Shown piece after piece: positions 18,479-28,003 of a DNA stretch of 40,793 nucleotides (its first letter is position 1; the number at the start of each line of letters is the position of its first letter). The notes beneath the pieces were generated by a model. That model did not search any database and had not been told where the DNA came from. It saw only the letters and a program-made list of their open reading frames with translations. The stretch is taken from positions 1 to 40,793 of the IMG/VR virus record IMGVR_UViG_3300036987_000548; one strand, given 5' to 3'. The position numbers were made by a program, and so were the translations under genes. This DNA is from a virus. Taxonomy: Duplodnaviria; Caudoviricetes.

Positions 18479-19627
18479 CTAAATAAGGGGTTTAGGCCTT
18501 AACCTTGCTCCTTCAACCTTGGTCCTTGATCCTTCTTTTTCCCAAATCCCCAGCCAGACAACTCCCAGCAGCGCCGTCGGCGCAATGTGAAAAAGATGCC
18601 AGCCGAAACAGGCCACGGCCACCGCCGTTATTCCAGCCGCCGCCTGCGGTGAAACCGGTTTGCTTAAAATCGTCCACCCGATAACGAGCAGAAAACCGGC
18701 AATCAGCAATAATGTCTGCACGCCCAGCTCAAAAGCAGCCTGCACGTATTCGTTGTGGGCCTGCGCGAAAACATTGCTCATTACCAGTTTATTTCCTTCG
18801 TTCGCCACTTCGCCGATCCGTTTATCTCCGGACGCCAAAAGCGGGAAAACCATCTCCCAGCTGCCGAGGCCTCGCCCCAGATATTCCGCCTGCATGGACA
18901 TTGCCGCATGTTTCCAGGCGATCCAGCGCGGGCATTGGACAATGCTGTCGATGGAGTCCACTTTCCAAAACCAGACGGACATACCCAGGCAAAGCAAGAC
19001 AGAGGCAAAGACGACCGCTTTTTTGCCCCAGTCCTGGCGAATGATAAAAATAATCCCGGCACCGGCGGCGGCAATCATTGCGGTGCTGGCTTGGGCTACG
19101 ACGATCCCGGCAAGAACAAAGGGGATAAACAGCCACCAGCCCCGGCGCAGAAATGCCGGCAGGCATAGGGCTAAAAAGACGCCTGCGGAGTCAGGATTAA
19201 ACGGGCCGGAGTATTGCGTGCCGAACCAGACGCGCAGCCAGCCGAAATACTGTGCCAGCATCCACAGAAGAAGCAGGCTGGCAGCGAGACACAGCGCATC
19301 CATCGCTCTGTCTTTGTCGATCCGGCTGATCCCTTCTGCCGCCGCGAGAAATATGGCGATCATCAGGAGTCCGATGTAGGCGTCATAGGATGGCGGCATA
19401 ATTGTTGCCGTCCTGCCCATCGCCAGCAAAAAGAAGCCGCGCCACCACCAGCTGGAGAGAAGGGCGGCAAAGGCCACCCCTCCCAGCCAGATAGATGCCA
19501 ACTGCCAGGACAATCGAAGCTCCATGCCCATTATCGGGATGATGCAAAACATCAGTCCCGGTATTGCCGCCAGCAATGTTATTTGAACAAGGGGTTGCAA
19601 CCCCTTGTTCTCTCGCCTCTCGTTCAT
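18479..19627 (-). CDS. O-antigen ligase / O-oligosaccharyltransferase family polytopic membrane protein (Wzy_C)
   Basis: About 10-12 hydrophobic segments; GPFNPD, RWIAWK, LGRGLGSW and AHNEYVQAAFELG match the WaaL/PglL periplasmic-loop signature. Confidence 0.85.
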   Translation of the reverse strand: MNERRENKGLQPLVQITLLAAIPGLMFCIIPIMGMELRLSWQLASIWLGGVAFAALLSSWWWRGFFLLAMGRTATIMPPSYDAYIGLLMIAIFLAAAEGISRIDKDRAMDALCLAASLLLLWMLAQYFGWLRVWFGTQYSGPFNPDSAGVFLALCLPAFLRRGWWLFIPFVLAGIVVAQASTAMIAAAGAGIIFIIRQDWGKKAVVFASVLLCLGMSVWFWKVDSIDSIVQCPRWIAWKHAAMSMQAEYLGRGLGSWEMVFPLLASGDKRIGEVANEGNKLVMSNVFAQAHNEYVQAAFELGVQTLLLIAGFLLVIGWTILSKPVSPQAAAGITAVAVACFGWHLFHIAPTALLGVVWLGIWEKEGSRTKVEGARLRPKPLI

Positions 19628-20107
19628 TTAGTAGGCAGCCCCCGCAGAATTCGGTATTGTCAGGTGAATATAATATTTGGTCGACGTCGCGGCGGCGGCA
19701 GATCCCGGCAATACCCACCCCAATGCCTGGGCGTTGGTCGGTGCCGTAGTTGTGATGGCTCCGGCAGTTGCCGCATCAAGGAAAAGTCTTGCGCCCGGAC
19801 TGGCTGCCGTCATGCCGGTAATAACTCCGGAAACGACAACTTCTACATAGGCGCCTGCTGCTCCTCCCTTGCCAATGACTCCTACTGCCGGTCGTAAAGT
19901 CGAAACGTCGGCGTCGGCTTTCCAGATTGCGCCGGTACTGGGTAAAATCGCGACAACATCGCCGGCGACTAAAGTTTCACCGGCCAGCCCGGTGAACCGG
20001 CTGTTTTTTTGCTGCCAGCTTATCGCCGCCCATGACGGCACGGTAAATGCCAGCAGCATTACAAACATCAGGACAAGCCCGATTATTTTGGTGTGAATTC
20101 TGTTCAT
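19628..20107 (-). CDS. Capsid decoration-like protein (DUF2190 / beta-tulip type) with an N-terminal signal peptide
   Basis: Directly after the capsid gene; AGETLVAGDVV...KADA...AVGV...VEVVVSGVI...GARLFL...GAITTTAP pattern; leader MNRIHTKIIGLVLMFVMLLAFTVPSWA. Confidence 0.72.
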   Translation of the reverse strand: MNRIHTKIIGLVLMFVMLLAFTVPSWAAISWQQKNSRFTGLAGETLVAGDVVAILPSTGAIWKADADVSTLRPAVGVIGKGGAAGAYVEVVVSGVITGMTAASPGARLFLDAATAGAITTTAPTNAQALGWVLPGSAAAATSTKYYIHLTIPNSAGAAY

Positions 20108-20133
20108 TTTGTACCTCCCTCTTTTTTTGGTTG

Positions 20134-20172
20134 AGGCGGAGAGCCGGGGTTTTTACACCAACTCTCCAGCCT
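20134..20172 (-). other. Stem-loop downstream of the capsid gene (mRNA stabiliser or partial terminator)
   Basis: AGGCTGGAGAGTTGG...CCGGCTCTCCGCCT with G-U pairs on the - strand; no U-tract in that direction. Confidence 0.5.
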
Positions 20173-20217
20173 GTAGTTTTTCCTTGAACCTTGCGCCTCG
20201 AACCTCGAACCTATTTC

Positions 20218-22653
20218 CTAAGCCACAACCGCTTTATAACCGCTGCGGAAGTCGATGACCGCGCCCGCATATTCGTGGCGGATCTTGTGGCGGATCTTGT
20301 CGGCCACGAAGACCTGCTCGGATTGCGGCATGTCGGCGACAAACAGCTCCGGTTCCTCGCGCCCGTTGAGATACCCCATTTCCACCATGTCGATCAGCTG
20401 CGGCGGCAGCAGGAGACCCCAGTCATTGGCGTCCGTAAAGAGAGGTACGACGACCGGGTTGACCTTGCCTTTGAGCGAATTAGGAACTTTGGTGGTCAGA
20501 TCGTTGGCGGTATAATAGAAATCTTCCGACGCGATTTTCTCAATCGTTTCCATGATATCTATCGGGCCAACCAGGTTGGGCTTCACGCTGGGATCCGAGA
20601 GGAGGCCGATCCTTTCGCCGGAATCCTTTTCCGTCATTGAGCCGAGCGCTTTATAGGCGATCAGCGCGGTGGCATGAGTCAGCGCCGCCGCTCCCAGGTT
20701 GACGTGCAAACCAGCCCCGGTGAACCAGGCGGTTCCGTCGGAGCAGTTCGCGTTGTTGATAAAGAAATTCCAGACGTACTTCGCATGCGTGCGCCTTGCC
20801 GCCCGGCTCAGACCGTCAATCAGGCGCTGAATGATGCTGATATCGTCGTTGATGATGGTCTTGCGGGTGATGGTCAGGAGGTTGCCCTTCTGCCCGATCT
20901 GGTAAGTGGACTCTTCATCCGTCACGCCGGCGATCTCCACATAATCAGCCGCTTCCGGATCAACGGTGGCAAGATCAGGGAATCCGCCGACCAGGACTGC
21001 TTCCTGAGTGCGAAAATCCTTGACCGGCTTTTTCACGCTGATCAGCAGCTCTTCCAGATAAGAAAGCGCCTTATAAATCCCGACCAGCCTGCGGCCCAGG
21101 GTATTGCCCAGGACAAAGGTGAACGTCGCGCTGTTGATGTCCATGCTGCTGCGCAATTCCGCTGGCAGAGCTTTGCGATTGAAGCGTCCGTTTACTTCCG
21201 GATCCCCGGTGAAGTAAGCGTACATTTCCCGGAGGCCGGAAAAAGCGGGGACGCTGTCGAAATCGTTATAATCCTGGACATTGCGGACGTCGGAGAAAAA
21301 CGGCTTGTTGTCCAGCCGGGTCAATTTGGCCAGGTTGACCATGTCGTCTTTCTTGAGCCCGAACATTCGATCCGCCGCCATGCAGGCGCGCTCAAATGAG
21401 CCTAATCCGCCGGTGATGGTGCCGCTAGGAATACCGTCATTGCCGGGTGCGGCGGTGCTAATTTTGGCCAGATAGTCCTTTTCGTCGGCGATGGTCTTAT
21501 CGAGATCCGCCGCTGCAAAAGCCCGGCCCTCAAACGTCTTTTTGATTCGGTCGATGGCCACCTGCGGCAGCCCCAGCGTGGTATCGGCCAGTTTTGCTGT
21601 GAGCGCCATCCCGCAGCGGAAAATTTCCAGGTCGCCTTTTGTTGCGACATTGGAAAGGTCTATTTTATCTTTTTCCTGCGGCTCCATCGCCATGCGGGCC
21701 AGCCCTTCGATTTCCTGATCGGAAATGGTCGTGACGTCTTTCCCTTTCAGGAGGTCCGGCCTTTTCTCGCCAATCAACTTCAATAAAGCTTCTCTCATTT
21801 TATCCTCCTTGTTATGGGCCGGCACGCTGGCCACTGCCCGGTTAAATTTCCCGCCTGCGGCGGGCCTTGTGACGATATCCACCGAATCGGCGGATAAAAA
21901 TTTATTAATTTTGAATACTTCTTTGCCGTCCACCACGGCCTTCGCCGCCCGCACCGGGCAATCATAGGAAAGCCCGTAAATTGCCGCGCCTTTTTCTTTT
22001 GCCGTCAGGATATTTTTCCCCAGCCATTTAGCGGAATCCAGAAAATGTAAAACGCCTTGCAAACCGACACCGGCAGCATGTTTCACGCCATCGATCCAGC
22101 CTACTTTGTTTTTCACGAGCAGGGATTTCAGATCAAATAACGGATCGGGCAGGTGAGTCGCCCCCTGGGGAAGCTCAAAAAGATTGACATCGACATTTTC
22201 AAAAAGACCGGCGGCAACGCGGATAGCCTCATCCGGAATATACCAGCCGTTTTTTGTGAAGCCAGGCTCGCAGATGGTGACGTCCCAGGCAGTGCCCTCG
22301 GTATTTTTCGCCGCATCCAGGCGCATGAGCATTTCCATGCCTTCATCGGATTCCGCCTGCGCGGATCGCGCTTCCACCCAGGTCTGCTCGACTTCCGTCG
22401 GCGTTTCGCCCAAAGTGACTTTTCCGTCCAGAATCGACCAGGCAATTTTGAAGCAGTGCTCTTCCTGCTCATAGATGAGATATGACGGATAAACCTCGCG
22501 CAGCCAGGTGTCGATTTCCACCGGGGCATTATCCGATCCGGTACGGGTTAGTTTAAAACGATCCCGAATCGCCTGGCGCAGCAAATCGCGGATATCGTCC
22601 AGGCTGAGCTCCGCCCCTTTCGCCCGCTGATTTTGTTTGTCTTTTTTGTTCAT
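20218..22653 (-). CDS. Prohead protease - scaffold - major capsid protein fusion
   Basis: N-terminal TKNGWY...GLSYD...SVDIVTRPAAGG protease motifs; C-terminal VKDFR...TITRKTIINDD HK97-fold capsid pattern; internal RBS and ATG at 21798. Confidence 0.85.
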   Translation of the reverse strand: MNKKDKQNQRAKGAELSLDDIRDLLRQAIRDRFKLTRTGSDNAPVEIDTWLREVYPSYLIYEQEEHCFKIAWSILDGKVTLGETPTEVEQTWVEARSAQAESDEGMEMLMRLDAAKNTEGTAWDVTICEPGFTKNGWYIPDEAIRVAAGLFENVDVNLFELPQGATHLPDPLFDLKSLLVKNKVGWIDGVKHAAGVGLQGVLHFLDSAKWLGKNILTAKEKGAAIYGLSYDCPVRAAKAVVDGKEVFKINKFLSADSVDIVTRPAAGGKFNRAVASVPAHNKEDKMREALLKLIGEKRPDLLKGKDVTTISDQEIEGLARMAMEPQEKDKIDLSNVATKGDLEIFRCGMALTAKLADTTLGLPQVAIDRIKKTFEGRAFAAADLDKTIADEKDYLAKISTAAPGNDGIPSGTITGGLGSFERACMAADRMFGLKKDDMVNLAKLTRLDNKPFFSDVRNVQDYNDFDSVPAFSGLREMYAYFTGDPEVNGRFNRKALPAELRSSMDINSATFTFVLGNTLGRRLVGIYKALSYLEELLISVKKPVKDFRTQEAVLVGGFPDLATVDPEAADYVEIAGVTDEESTYQIGQKGNLLTITRKTIINDDISIIQRLIDGLSRAARRTHAKYVWNFFINNANCSDGTAWFTGAGLHVNLGAAALTHATALIAYKALGSMTEKDSGERIGLLSDPSVKPNLVGPIDIMETIEKIASEDFYYTANDLTTKVPNSLKGKVNPVVVPLFTDANDWGLLLPPQLIDMVEMGYLNGREEPELFVADMPQSEQVFVADKIRHKIRHEYAGAVIDFRSGYKAVVA

Positions 22654-22697
22654 ATTAGCCTCGCTTCGCTTTTAACCTTTAACCTTGTACCTTGATC

Positions 22698-22955
22698 CTA
22701 TTTCCCCGCGATCACTTTGCGCTTTACCGGGTTGACGCCGGTAATAGCAATCTGCCCGAGCTTTTCCGGTTTATCGCCTTCTTTGAAGCGCACTTTGGAC
22801 CCGCCGATTGTGACAATAACGGCTTCCTGGGTTTGCTGATCGTAACGGCTGCCCAGGACGTATTTCTTGTCAATCCCGTAAGCCGCCAGTGCCATCGCTA
22901 TTAATTTGTCGCCGATTGTGTTTTTGTCTTTTCCCTGATTTTCTTTTTCTTCCAT
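22698..22955 (-). CDS. Hypothetical protein in the head module
   Basis: 85 aa ORF with purine-rich RBS, bounded by heptamer arrays. Confidence 0.7.
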   Translation of the reverse strand: MEEKENQGKDKNTIGDKLIAMALAAYGIDKKYVLGSRYDQQTQEAVIVTIGGSKVRFKEGDKPEKLGQIAITGVNPVKRKVIAGK

Positions 22956-23028
22956 TTCCCGTTCCCCCTTAAAATGATTTTAAATTCCTTTACCTTGAAC
23001 CTTTGACCTTTTGCCTTGTTCCTGTTTT

Positions 23029-23844
23029 TTATGCTGCTTGCTGTTTTTGCTCCGTCCATTCGGCCATGTAGGGCACCGTGTAACAACTGCAATTGATCGT
23101 GTTGCCGGGCGATCCCGCGAGATCTCGCGGATACATCAGCGCTTCACCGCCGACCATGAATGGTTCATTTACGTCCCGGATTTGCCCCTCTGCCGCCAGA
23201 TGCGATAATCGCGGCACCCGAGATGTGCCGTGTTGCCATTGCTTTTTTAATCCGGGGACAACTTCCGCCGCTTTTTCCATCCGCGCCTGGCTCGCCTCCT
23301 CGAGGATCCGGCCACATTCCTGCCGGGTAATGGTCTCTGCCCGTGATGCGATGGAAGTAAATACCGACTTGTCTTTGAGGTTCGTGCCTACGGCCTGCAT
23401 GACCTCATACGGCGTTTTCTGCCCCATCAGGCCTGTCGCCATCTCGTTATAAATTTTAGCCGCCGCGTCCGCGCCCAACGATTCCACCAGGTGGGCAGAA
23501 TAATTTTGCATCGCGATCAGCATTCCCGTATCAATTGCCGGGAGAGCAATTGTGATGCCGACCGAATTGAGCGGCTTATCCACCATTGTCTGCCCGAATT
23601 CCCAGAAGTCTTTTTGATCCTGGGTTAATTCTTTGCTGTAACGCGCGGCAAACTCCTGCATGGCCTTATCGACGGCAGACTTCAACCGGGGCAGGTAATG
23701 GAGCTGCCAGTCCGTTTCAGCCACGGCAGCGGCAACCTGCTTGCGGGCGACATTGAGCTGGCGGATGGCTTTGGCCACCTGCGTGTCGGTCATGCTCTCC
23801 GCCTTAGCAATCAGTGCCTGCACCTGTTTGTCGTATTTAGTCAT
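23029..23844 (-). CDS. Minor head protein (Mu gpF / SPP1 gp7 family)
   Basis: RAETITRQE, KKQWQH, RLSHLAAEGQ, LMYPRD, NTINCSC motifs. Confidence 0.88.
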   Translation of the reverse strand: MTKYDKQVQALIAKAESMTDTQVAKAIRQLNVARKQVAAAVAETDWQLHYLPRLKSAVDKAMQEFAARYSKELTQDQKDFWEFGQTMVDKPLNSVGITIALPAIDTGMLIAMQNYSAHLVESLGADAAAKIYNEMATGLMGQKTPYEVMQAVGTNLKDKSVFTSIASRAETITRQECGRILEEASQARMEKAAEVVPGLKKQWQHGTSRVPRLSHLAAEGQIRDVNEPFMVGGEALMYPRDLAGSPGNTINCSCYTVPYMAEWTEQKQQAA

Positions 23845-25297
23845 TTCCTTGTTCCTTGAACCTTGATCCTTGATCCTTCTTCAACAACGCCTCATAATCG
23901 GTCTCGTTGTCCGGGAGCGCTTTCATTGCCGCGTCTATTTCCGCCTGTGCGTCCACTTCATAGCCGAGATAACCGGCAACGAAAGCAAACATCTTGGTGG
24001 CTGTATCTCTTGTGATGAATTTATTGGTGACTGCGACAGCCAGTGCGGTAGTTAACTGCGGCATGGTATTGGCAACCTTGGCCAGATCCTTTTTGGAAAT
24101 TTCCGGCATGGTAATGCTGAATCCTTTTGCCGCTTCCGTCTCGGAAAGCGCTTTATGGATAACCGCCTGGTCGATGACGAACTGCAGGATCTGCGTGAGT
24201 TGATATTTATGCAATTCCTGGCGCTGTTCCAGATCAACCACCGGGGCTTTATCTGCTGAATCCGCCTCAGTCTGGTATTGCTTCCCGCCGCTGCCAAACC
24301 AGCTTTCCGGCCTGCCCGCCGCGCCCATGATGAAGGCCTTGCCCATGTCGAAGCCGCTTTTAAAATCCGTGGCTTTCAGATCCGGCGACACGGCATTCCA
24401 TTCGACCTGCTCGTTATGCGCCCGCTGGGAGCCCGGTTCCGGCGGCGGGTTATCACGCAGCCATTCCCGGATTTGATCCGCGTTCATGCCTTTCAGTGTG
24501 ATATCCCACACAAAATTGAGCATAAATTCAGCTCGCTCCAGGTAGTTGTAGCCATAGCGCTCCAGGGAATCGATCCAGTCCACCAGAGTCATAAAATCAC
24601 TGCGTCCCCGTGCCGCATTGGGCGGTTTATTGACGGACAGGAAGAAACAATCGCCGACCAGCCGGTCATAGGTGCGGGACTGGATGTTATAGTCCTTGCG
24701 GATGATTGCGTATTTCTTGCCGGGGCGGCCATTGATGCCCATCATCTCCACCTGCATGAGCTGCTTGATTTTGAGCGGATTGACCCAGATGTCCTTGATC
24801 AGGGCGGGGTCTTCATAGCCCAGATGCACAAAGCCGTTGATCGGATTGACTTCCACCGGCCAGCACTGCTCGCCCAGGATTGACAGCCACATGGCATATT
24901 CGGGATAATTGAGCGCCATGTTGTTTTCCGGATCCGTCCAGAACTTGTCGATCTTTTCCTTGACGTCGGCGCTTTCCGAATTGATTACGATCGGACCGGA
25001 GAAAAGGAAACCACGATCCATTGTCGCCAGGCGCTTGAACATCGCGGACGCGTCGAACATATAATAGCAAATCTCGAACATCCGGGCCTGCTGCACCGGC
25101 ATTAGATTGCGGGTATAAATACTGTCGGAAACACGGCGATAGCCTTCATTTTTCGGGTCATAGTTGACGGATATCGGCATATCCATCCGGGCTTTATTGA
25201 TAGCCTGCTTGATTTCCTCGGCCATGACCGCCCGCATATCCGCCTCGCTTTTCAATCCCGGCGCGATTATCTTTGCTATGTTTTCCCTGATTCCCAT
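23837..25297 (-). CDS. Portal protein
   Basis: 486 aa between TerL and gpF; RGRSDF motif. Confidence 0.85.
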   Translation of the reverse strand: MGIRENIAKIIAPGLKSEADMRAVMAEEIKQAINKARMDMPISVNYDPKNEGYRRVSDSIYTRNLMPVQQARMFEICYYMFDASAMFKRLATMDRGFLFSGPIVINSESADVKEKIDKFWTDPENNMALNYPEYAMWLSILGEQCWPVEVNPINGFVHLGYEDPALIKDIWVNPLKIKQLMQVEMMGINGRPGKKYAIIRKDYNIQSRTYDRLVGDCFFLSVNKPPNAARGRSDFMTLVDWIDSLERYGYNYLERAEFMLNFVWDITLKGMNADQIREWLRDNPPPEPGSQRAHNEQVEWNAVSPDLKATDFKSGFDMGKAFIMGAAGRPESWFGSGGKQYQTEADSADKAPVVDLEQRQELHKYQLTQILQFVIDQAVIHKALSETEAAKGFSITMPEISKKDLAKVANTMPQLTTALAVAVTNKFITRDTATKMFAFVAGYLGYEVDAQAEIDAAMKALPDNETDYEALLKKDQGSRFKEQGND

Positions 25298-25344
25298 TAC
25301 TTCCTCTTTCCTTGCACCTTGAGCCTTGAACCTTGTTCCTTCTC

Positions 25345-26883
25345 TTACGCTGCTATTTTTATCTTCTGCCCGAATCTGCCGAAAAACCCGCCCTTGTGCT
25401 GCGGCATTCCGGTCCGGCCCAGCGGAGCTTCACGTTTATCCGGATTCTGGCCGATGCAAACCGCAGCAACGTTGCTGGAAGCCGCCTGTACCGACAAAGC
25501 CTTCGCCCAGAAGTGATCGGCGTGCCCGGTTGTTTCCGTCCGCTCCGCATCAAAGCGGAAATGCTTGGTTGTCGTCGCGTATTTTTTCACGCTGTGCAGG
25601 GAGTTGCGGATCGTATGACTTGCCGGGATAACGCTTCCTTTGTCGTCGAAGTTGCGCTTCAGTCCGACGGCCAGCGTCTCTTTGCTCTCTGCGGTAAATG
25701 CAATGCCTTCCACCCGGCCCGTCCCGTAAAGATTCTGCGCCTTTTCGGTTAATTGCGCGCCGATGCCGGTTTCATCGATGCAAACCCGGCGAAGTTCTTT
25801 CCGGGACAGGAGCGTGTGCAGCACCTGCTCCTGGATAAAAAACGGTTGCCGCCGCAGTTCGATGATTGCTGCGGGCCGCAGCACGTTGTCTATTTTCTGG
25901 TCGAGCCAGAACACGGAAAGATCGTGTTTTCGCCCGATATCCATCCCGCCATACAGATCGCCCAGGAAGACGACATTGGCCAGCACGTGCGTCGGGAGCG
26001 GGGGAGCAATCTTTGTCCGCATGAATTCGCGGAAGTTTTCTTCGGCGGCCTTGATCAGCATCGTTACCCAGGTCGGATCTCCGTTGGCTGTCACGTCCTC
26101 CACGGAAGAAATCAACTCATGCGTCAGGAAAGCGGAGACTTCATCCGACGGGATGCATTCGTATTCTTCGCCCCAGGCGTCGTCGTCGTTGAGCGCCAGG
26201 CGTAAGTCTTCCGGCTCGCAGGGTTTGCCCTGGTCGTCTCTTAGTTCCAGCCCCATCTCCACGGCCTGGCTAATGCTGACGAAATGTTTTGACCAGCCGC
26301 CCTTTTCGCCTTTGAATTCATAATCTTTGCCATTATAGCTTTGCAGCGTCGGCGCACCGAAAAACAGTTCATAGAATTTGTTGGTTTTGCCCTTAAACGT
26401 GGAAATGACGCGTATTTTGAAGCCGCGCGTAACGGTCGGGAAAAGCGCTTTCCATATCTCCCGGCTGTCGCGATGCAGCGCAAATTCATCGAGGAGGATG
26501 TTGGCCGACCAGCCGCGCGCCGTGTCCGGATTAGCCGGCAGGCCGACGATCCGGGAACCGTTGGGATAAACGATCTCCAGCATCTTGTATTTTGTGTCTT
26601 TATCCGTCCAATAATCGGTTTCCATTTCCTGTACCGCATGGCCGATCGCCCGCGAATGCAGCGCCGCTTTACCCATCAGCTCTTTGGATTGCCGTTCACC
26701 GGCAGAAAGAAAAACCCACATGGTCTTGTGTTCTACGCAATCCAGGACGGACTCCAGCGCCGTGCCGAACGATTTACCGCCCTGGCGCGTAACGACGCCG
26801 ATCTTGAACCGGGATTTATCCTGCACCCAGTTGCGCTGATATTCAGTTAAGGGAATCGCCGCTTTAGCGTTAGACGATGCCAT
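25345..26883 (-). CDS. Terminase large subunit (Mu gp28-like)
   Basis: TRQGGKS Walker A, ILLDEFA Walker B, GMDIGRKHD, IDETGIG and GHADHFWA nuclease motifs. Confidence 0.95.
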   Translation of the reverse strand: MASSNAKAAIPLTEYQRNWVQDKSRFKIGVVTRQGGKSFGTALESVLDCVEHKTMWVFLSAGERQSKELMGKAALHSRAIGHAVQEMETDYWTDKDTKYKMLEIVYPNGSRIVGLPANPDTARGWSANILLDEFALHRDSREIWKALFPTVTRGFKIRVISTFKGKTNKFYELFFGAPTLQSYNGKDYEFKGEKGGWSKHFVSISQAVEMGLELRDDQGKPCEPEDLRLALNDDDAWGEEYECIPSDEVSAFLTHELISSVEDVTANGDPTWVTMLIKAAEENFREFMRTKIAPPLPTHVLANVVFLGDLYGGMDIGRKHDLSVFWLDQKIDNVLRPAAIIELRRQPFFIQEQVLHTLLSRKELRRVCIDETGIGAQLTEKAQNLYGTGRVEGIAFTAESKETLAVGLKRNFDDKGSVIPASHTIRNSLHSVKKYATTTKHFRFDAERTETTGHADHFWAKALSVQAASSNVAAVCIGQNPDKREAPLGRTGMPQHKGGFFGRFGQKIKIAA

Positions 26884-27385
26884 ATATCTCCTCTTTGATG
26901 ATTTTCATCGTTTCGGGATCGAGGGACTTTTTGCCTGTAGTAGCTTTGCTTTCAATATTCTTTACGGCCTGAACCGCTTTTTCTTTTATATCGCGCTGCC
27001 ACTTCTTCTGATCGACGGAGGCTTTGCTTAATTTTGCGATCATCACGCCCATCTTGGAGAGGCTCTCGGAGCTGTCCGCATCGATCAGGGCGTCAAAGGC
27101 TTTTGTTTGCACCAGGCGAATGAGCGCCTCGTTCATGTTGCCCTCGTCGTCTTTAGCGGCTTCGGCAACGGCTTTCGCCTGTTCGGTGGCCATCGTAATC
27201 GCGGCCAGTCTCTCTTCAAATCCCTGGCCATACCTGTGCAGGGCCGACCGCGATATGGCATATCCCTTTTCCTGGAGCCATTCGGCCATTGCGCTGTAAT
27301 CGCAGAATTTGCCCGCCAGAAGTTTCTGATTTAACTCGCCCAGGACTTCATCCGGGAGAGTTATTATTTTTGAGCGTTGCGGCAT
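26870..27385 (-). CDS. Mu gp27-like protein (DUF3486; putative small terminase)
   Basis: MPQRSKIITLP...ISRSALHRYG signature; directly upstream of TerL. Confidence 0.85.
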   Translation of the reverse strand: MPQRSKIITLPDEVLGELNQKLLAGKFCDYSAMAEWLQEKGYAISRSALHRYGQGFEERLAAITMATEQAKAVAEAAKDDEGNMNEALIRLVQTKAFDALIDADSSESLSKMGVMIAKLSKASVDQKKWQRDIKEKAVQAVKNIESKATTGKKSLDPETMKIIKEEIYGIV

Positions 27386-27392
27386 AATTAAT

Positions 27393-27698
27393 TTACCATT
27401 TCTCCGGTCTGGCTATCCCTGGACGGCAGTCCACGGTATATTCCACGAAATCAATGCCGTGATAATTGATCTTGGCAAACCACACTGGTCTGTTTTTCTC
27501 TATTTCGATCAGCTGGCGCTCCGCTAAATAATCCATTTCCCGGCGGATATCTAAAATCGTGACATCCGGCACTATCTCGATCAGTGCTGTCTTAATGATA
27601 GCCTCTGATGTTCCTATCGGTTGAGCGGCGTACAGCGCCCGCAGTATGTTCCAGCGCATTTCCTCCCGCCTGGCTTTTTGCATATCCATATTCATCAT
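27393..27698 (-). CDS. Mu gp26-like winged-helix protein
   Basis: RWNILRAL...RREMDYLAER...GIDFVE...PGIARP signature. Confidence 0.82.
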   Translation of the reverse strand: MMNMDMQKARREEMRWNILRALYAAQPIGTSEAIIKTALIEIVPDVTILDIRREMDYLAERQLIEIEKNRPVWFAKINYHGIDFVEYTVDCRPGIARPEKW

Positions 27699-28003
27699 TG
27701 TTTATCTCCCCGCAGCGCTTCCACGACTAGGTCGCGGAGTTTGTCCAGTTTTGAGTTAATAACCACATCGAATCGTATAAAATCTTCGCGACGCACATAA
27801 AATAAGGGCAAATCTGCTTTTAATTCTAAAAATTCTCTTTCCAGGTCGGTGCAGGCCTGGGCTGTTTTATTAAAGGCCGATATCTTTTCTTCCAGCGCGG
27901 ATAGAGCACGGGTAAACATGACTCGCAGGGCCGCTATAATAATGCCGCTCCAGGCGGCAACAACGCCGATTACTGCAAGAAACAACTCTAATCGTTCATC
28001 CAT
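27695..28003 (-). CDS. Mu gp25-like single-TM coiled-coil protein
   Basis: TM segment then LKADLPLFYVRREDF; start moved to the ATG at 28003 behind a GGGGGA RBS. Confidence 0.7.
   Translation of the reverse strand: MDERLELFLAVIGVVAAWSGIIIAALRVMFTRALSALEEKISAFNKTAQACTDLEREFLELKADLPLFYVRREDFIRFDVVINSKLDKLRDLVVEALRGDKQ

Noticed and set aside
8998-25341. Heptamer arrays or REPs as a CRISPR array
   Set aside because: Units are 7 bp with no unique spacers, and there are no cas genes
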